64,000 nucleotides of DNA from Macrostomum lignano (taxonomy: Eukaryota), in assembly GCA_002269645.1 (NCBI GenBank), contig NIVC01002991.1, positions 62,922 through 126,921 on the forward strand, given 5' to 3'. Positions 62,375-64,000 of the stretch are shown piece by piece. Position 1 is the stretch's first letter. The number at the start of each line of letters is the position of its first letter. The translations under genes and the position numbers were made by a program. The notes beneath the pieces were generated by a model that had not been told where the DNA came from, did no database searches, and saw only the letters and a program-made list of their open reading frames with translations.

Positions 62375-62845
62375 AGTAATTCTCCAGCCTAGAACTGAAA
62401 TATAAATCTACGAAACCAGTAATCTCCAGACTAAAACTGTAATATGAATCTACAAAACCTGTAATATTGAATCTAAAACTGTAATATGAATCTAGAAAAC
62501 CTGTAATATCGAATATAAAATTAATATGAATCTACTAAAACTGTAATATCGATCTAAAACTGTAATATGATTGAATCTACAAAACCAGTAATCTTCAGCC
62601 TAAAACAGTAATATGAATCTACAAAACCTGTAATATCAAACTCAAAACTGTAATATGAATCTAAAAAACCGGTAATCTCCAGCCTAAAACTATAATATGA
62701 ATCTACAAAACCAGTAATCTTCAGCCTTAAACTGTAACATGAATCTACAAAACCGGTAATATCAAACTCAAAACTGTAATATAAATCTCAAACCAGTAAT
62801 CTCCAGCCCAAAAATGTAATTCTAGTCTAAAAAAACCAGTAGTAA
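62375..62845. repeat. Degenerate AT-rich tandem repeat in the DNAJC17-TFIP11 spacer
   Basis: AAAACTGTAATATGAATCTACAAAACCAGTAATCTCCAGCCT-like units of about 40 bp. Confidence 0.8.
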
Positions 62846-63092
62846 TAGCATCGAAGACTATTTCTTTACAGTCTTAAAGTCGTTACAGGGTGTAAAATCA
62901 CTAAGGACTCGGATACATCTATCTAACGTTACAATCGGCCATATTAAAAAACTAGAAAAATATTAAGTTTATTATTTACTTTCTAATCGTAGTAAGAAAC
63001 TGTATAAATGCAATGTATTTGACTTTAAAACAATATACATGCAGCATAAAATCAACTGATCAGAATGCCACAAGTTGAGTGCTATACACATA

Positions 63093-64000
63093 CTACTGAT
63101 CATCAGTAGGCGCAGCAGATGCAGCATTATCATCATCCGTACTATTCTTATCGTCGCCAGGATGAGCGCGTTTGCCACGCGAAAACATTTTAATTAGATC
63201 GTCGGCTGTCACTTTGCGCAGCCAATCGCCAGACGGTCGGCCCTGATTGGTTGGCAGCAGACAATCGCCTGTAGTGGCTGCCGATGCGGCAGGAGGCACG
63301 GGAGTCTGCTGGTGCTGCTGCTTCTGGCCTGCAAGCCACACAGCCGACAGTCCAACTTGACCCGCTGTCAAGGCCTTGACCAACCTGTCCGCGTCGTCGT
63401 GTCTACGAAACTCGACAATAGCGACACCACCGCTGCCACCGCGACTGGATTTCTTACTACTAGCCTTGCCCGGCCTGTACAACAGGGTGACCACCTCGCC
63501 GAAGCTGGAGCACAGCGACTTCAAAGAGGCCTCCGACTGACTAGAACAGTCATCCTGATCTCCACGCCAAGTCAATTTTATTGTCGGCAGATTGTCTTTA
63601 TCCTTGTCGGCAGCCGCCTGTCGGAGCTCCTGCCTGAGTAGCTCCTGCTCCCTAGCCAGAACGTCGTTCAGCTCCGCCTAAGCCGCTTGCTTCTCCCTCT
63701 CTAGGCTGGCTTCATCCTCCTGTCGGCTCCGGCCGCTTGCAGACGTCGCACTCAGCGGCAGCTGCAGCAGCTTCGGCTGCCTCAAGTTGCTCTTTGAATC
63801 GGCGCCGGCCTTCCCCGAGAGCCCGGGCCCGCTCGGCGGCAGCCTGACGGCCACGGCGCACTTTATCGTAGCAGCTCGGGCGGCTGCGTCAGTGAGCAGT
63901 TGGCAAGAGCCTCGGACAGTCGACGAAAACGTTGAGCAGCCAGCGGATCGTCTGGATTTTTGTCCGATGAACTTTGAGCGCTGCGGTGCGATAGGCTTTG
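63093..64000 (-). CDS. DNAJC17: DnaJ homolog subfamily C member 17 (Cwc23 orthologue; J-domain plus RRM-like domain), 5'-truncated by the window edge and multiply frameshifted as assembled
   Basis: Reading across indels gives KAYRTAALKVH[P]DKNPDDPLAAQRFRRLSEAL..LLTDAAARA[A]YDKVRRGRQAAAER, matching the DNAJC17 J-domain. The later segment WRGDQD...SSFGEVVTLLY...GGVAIVEF...AVWLAGQ matches its RRM. At least five lesions, including an in-frame TAG at 63680-63678. Confidence 0.8.

Overview
Eukaryotic (metazoan) genomic DNA. GC-rich, Ala/Gln-rich exons, GT-AG introns and a very high density of unrelated 10-52 bp minisatellites suggest an invertebrate such as a macrostomid flatworm; this is an inference, not confirmed. 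Bases 1-31 kb are a gene desert of about 20 tandem arrays alternating with short unique islands. At 31.1-37.4 kb lie two convergent Otx (K50 homeobox) paralogs. Their large second exons are almost identical inverted copies, from the splice acceptor to the first base of the stop codon. Their first exons, introns and 3' flanks are highly diverged, which points to exon-limited gene conversion. Otx-type sites (TAATCC/GGATTA) cluster upstream of both copies, and a 19-bp minisatellite upstream of the second copy carries 26 of them. The right third holds SMAP (ArfGAP, -), ROPN1L (+), TFIP11 (-) and a partial DNAJC17 (-). The last two are adjacent on the same strand and their yeast orthologues (Ntr1, Cwc23) bind each other, so this is a candidate trans-spliced operon. 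Both are frameshifted as assembled. A hAT-type MITE with an 8-bp TSD and a foldback element containing a tRNA-derived SINE are also present. Most long ORFs in the supplied track are artefacts of stop-free repeats.
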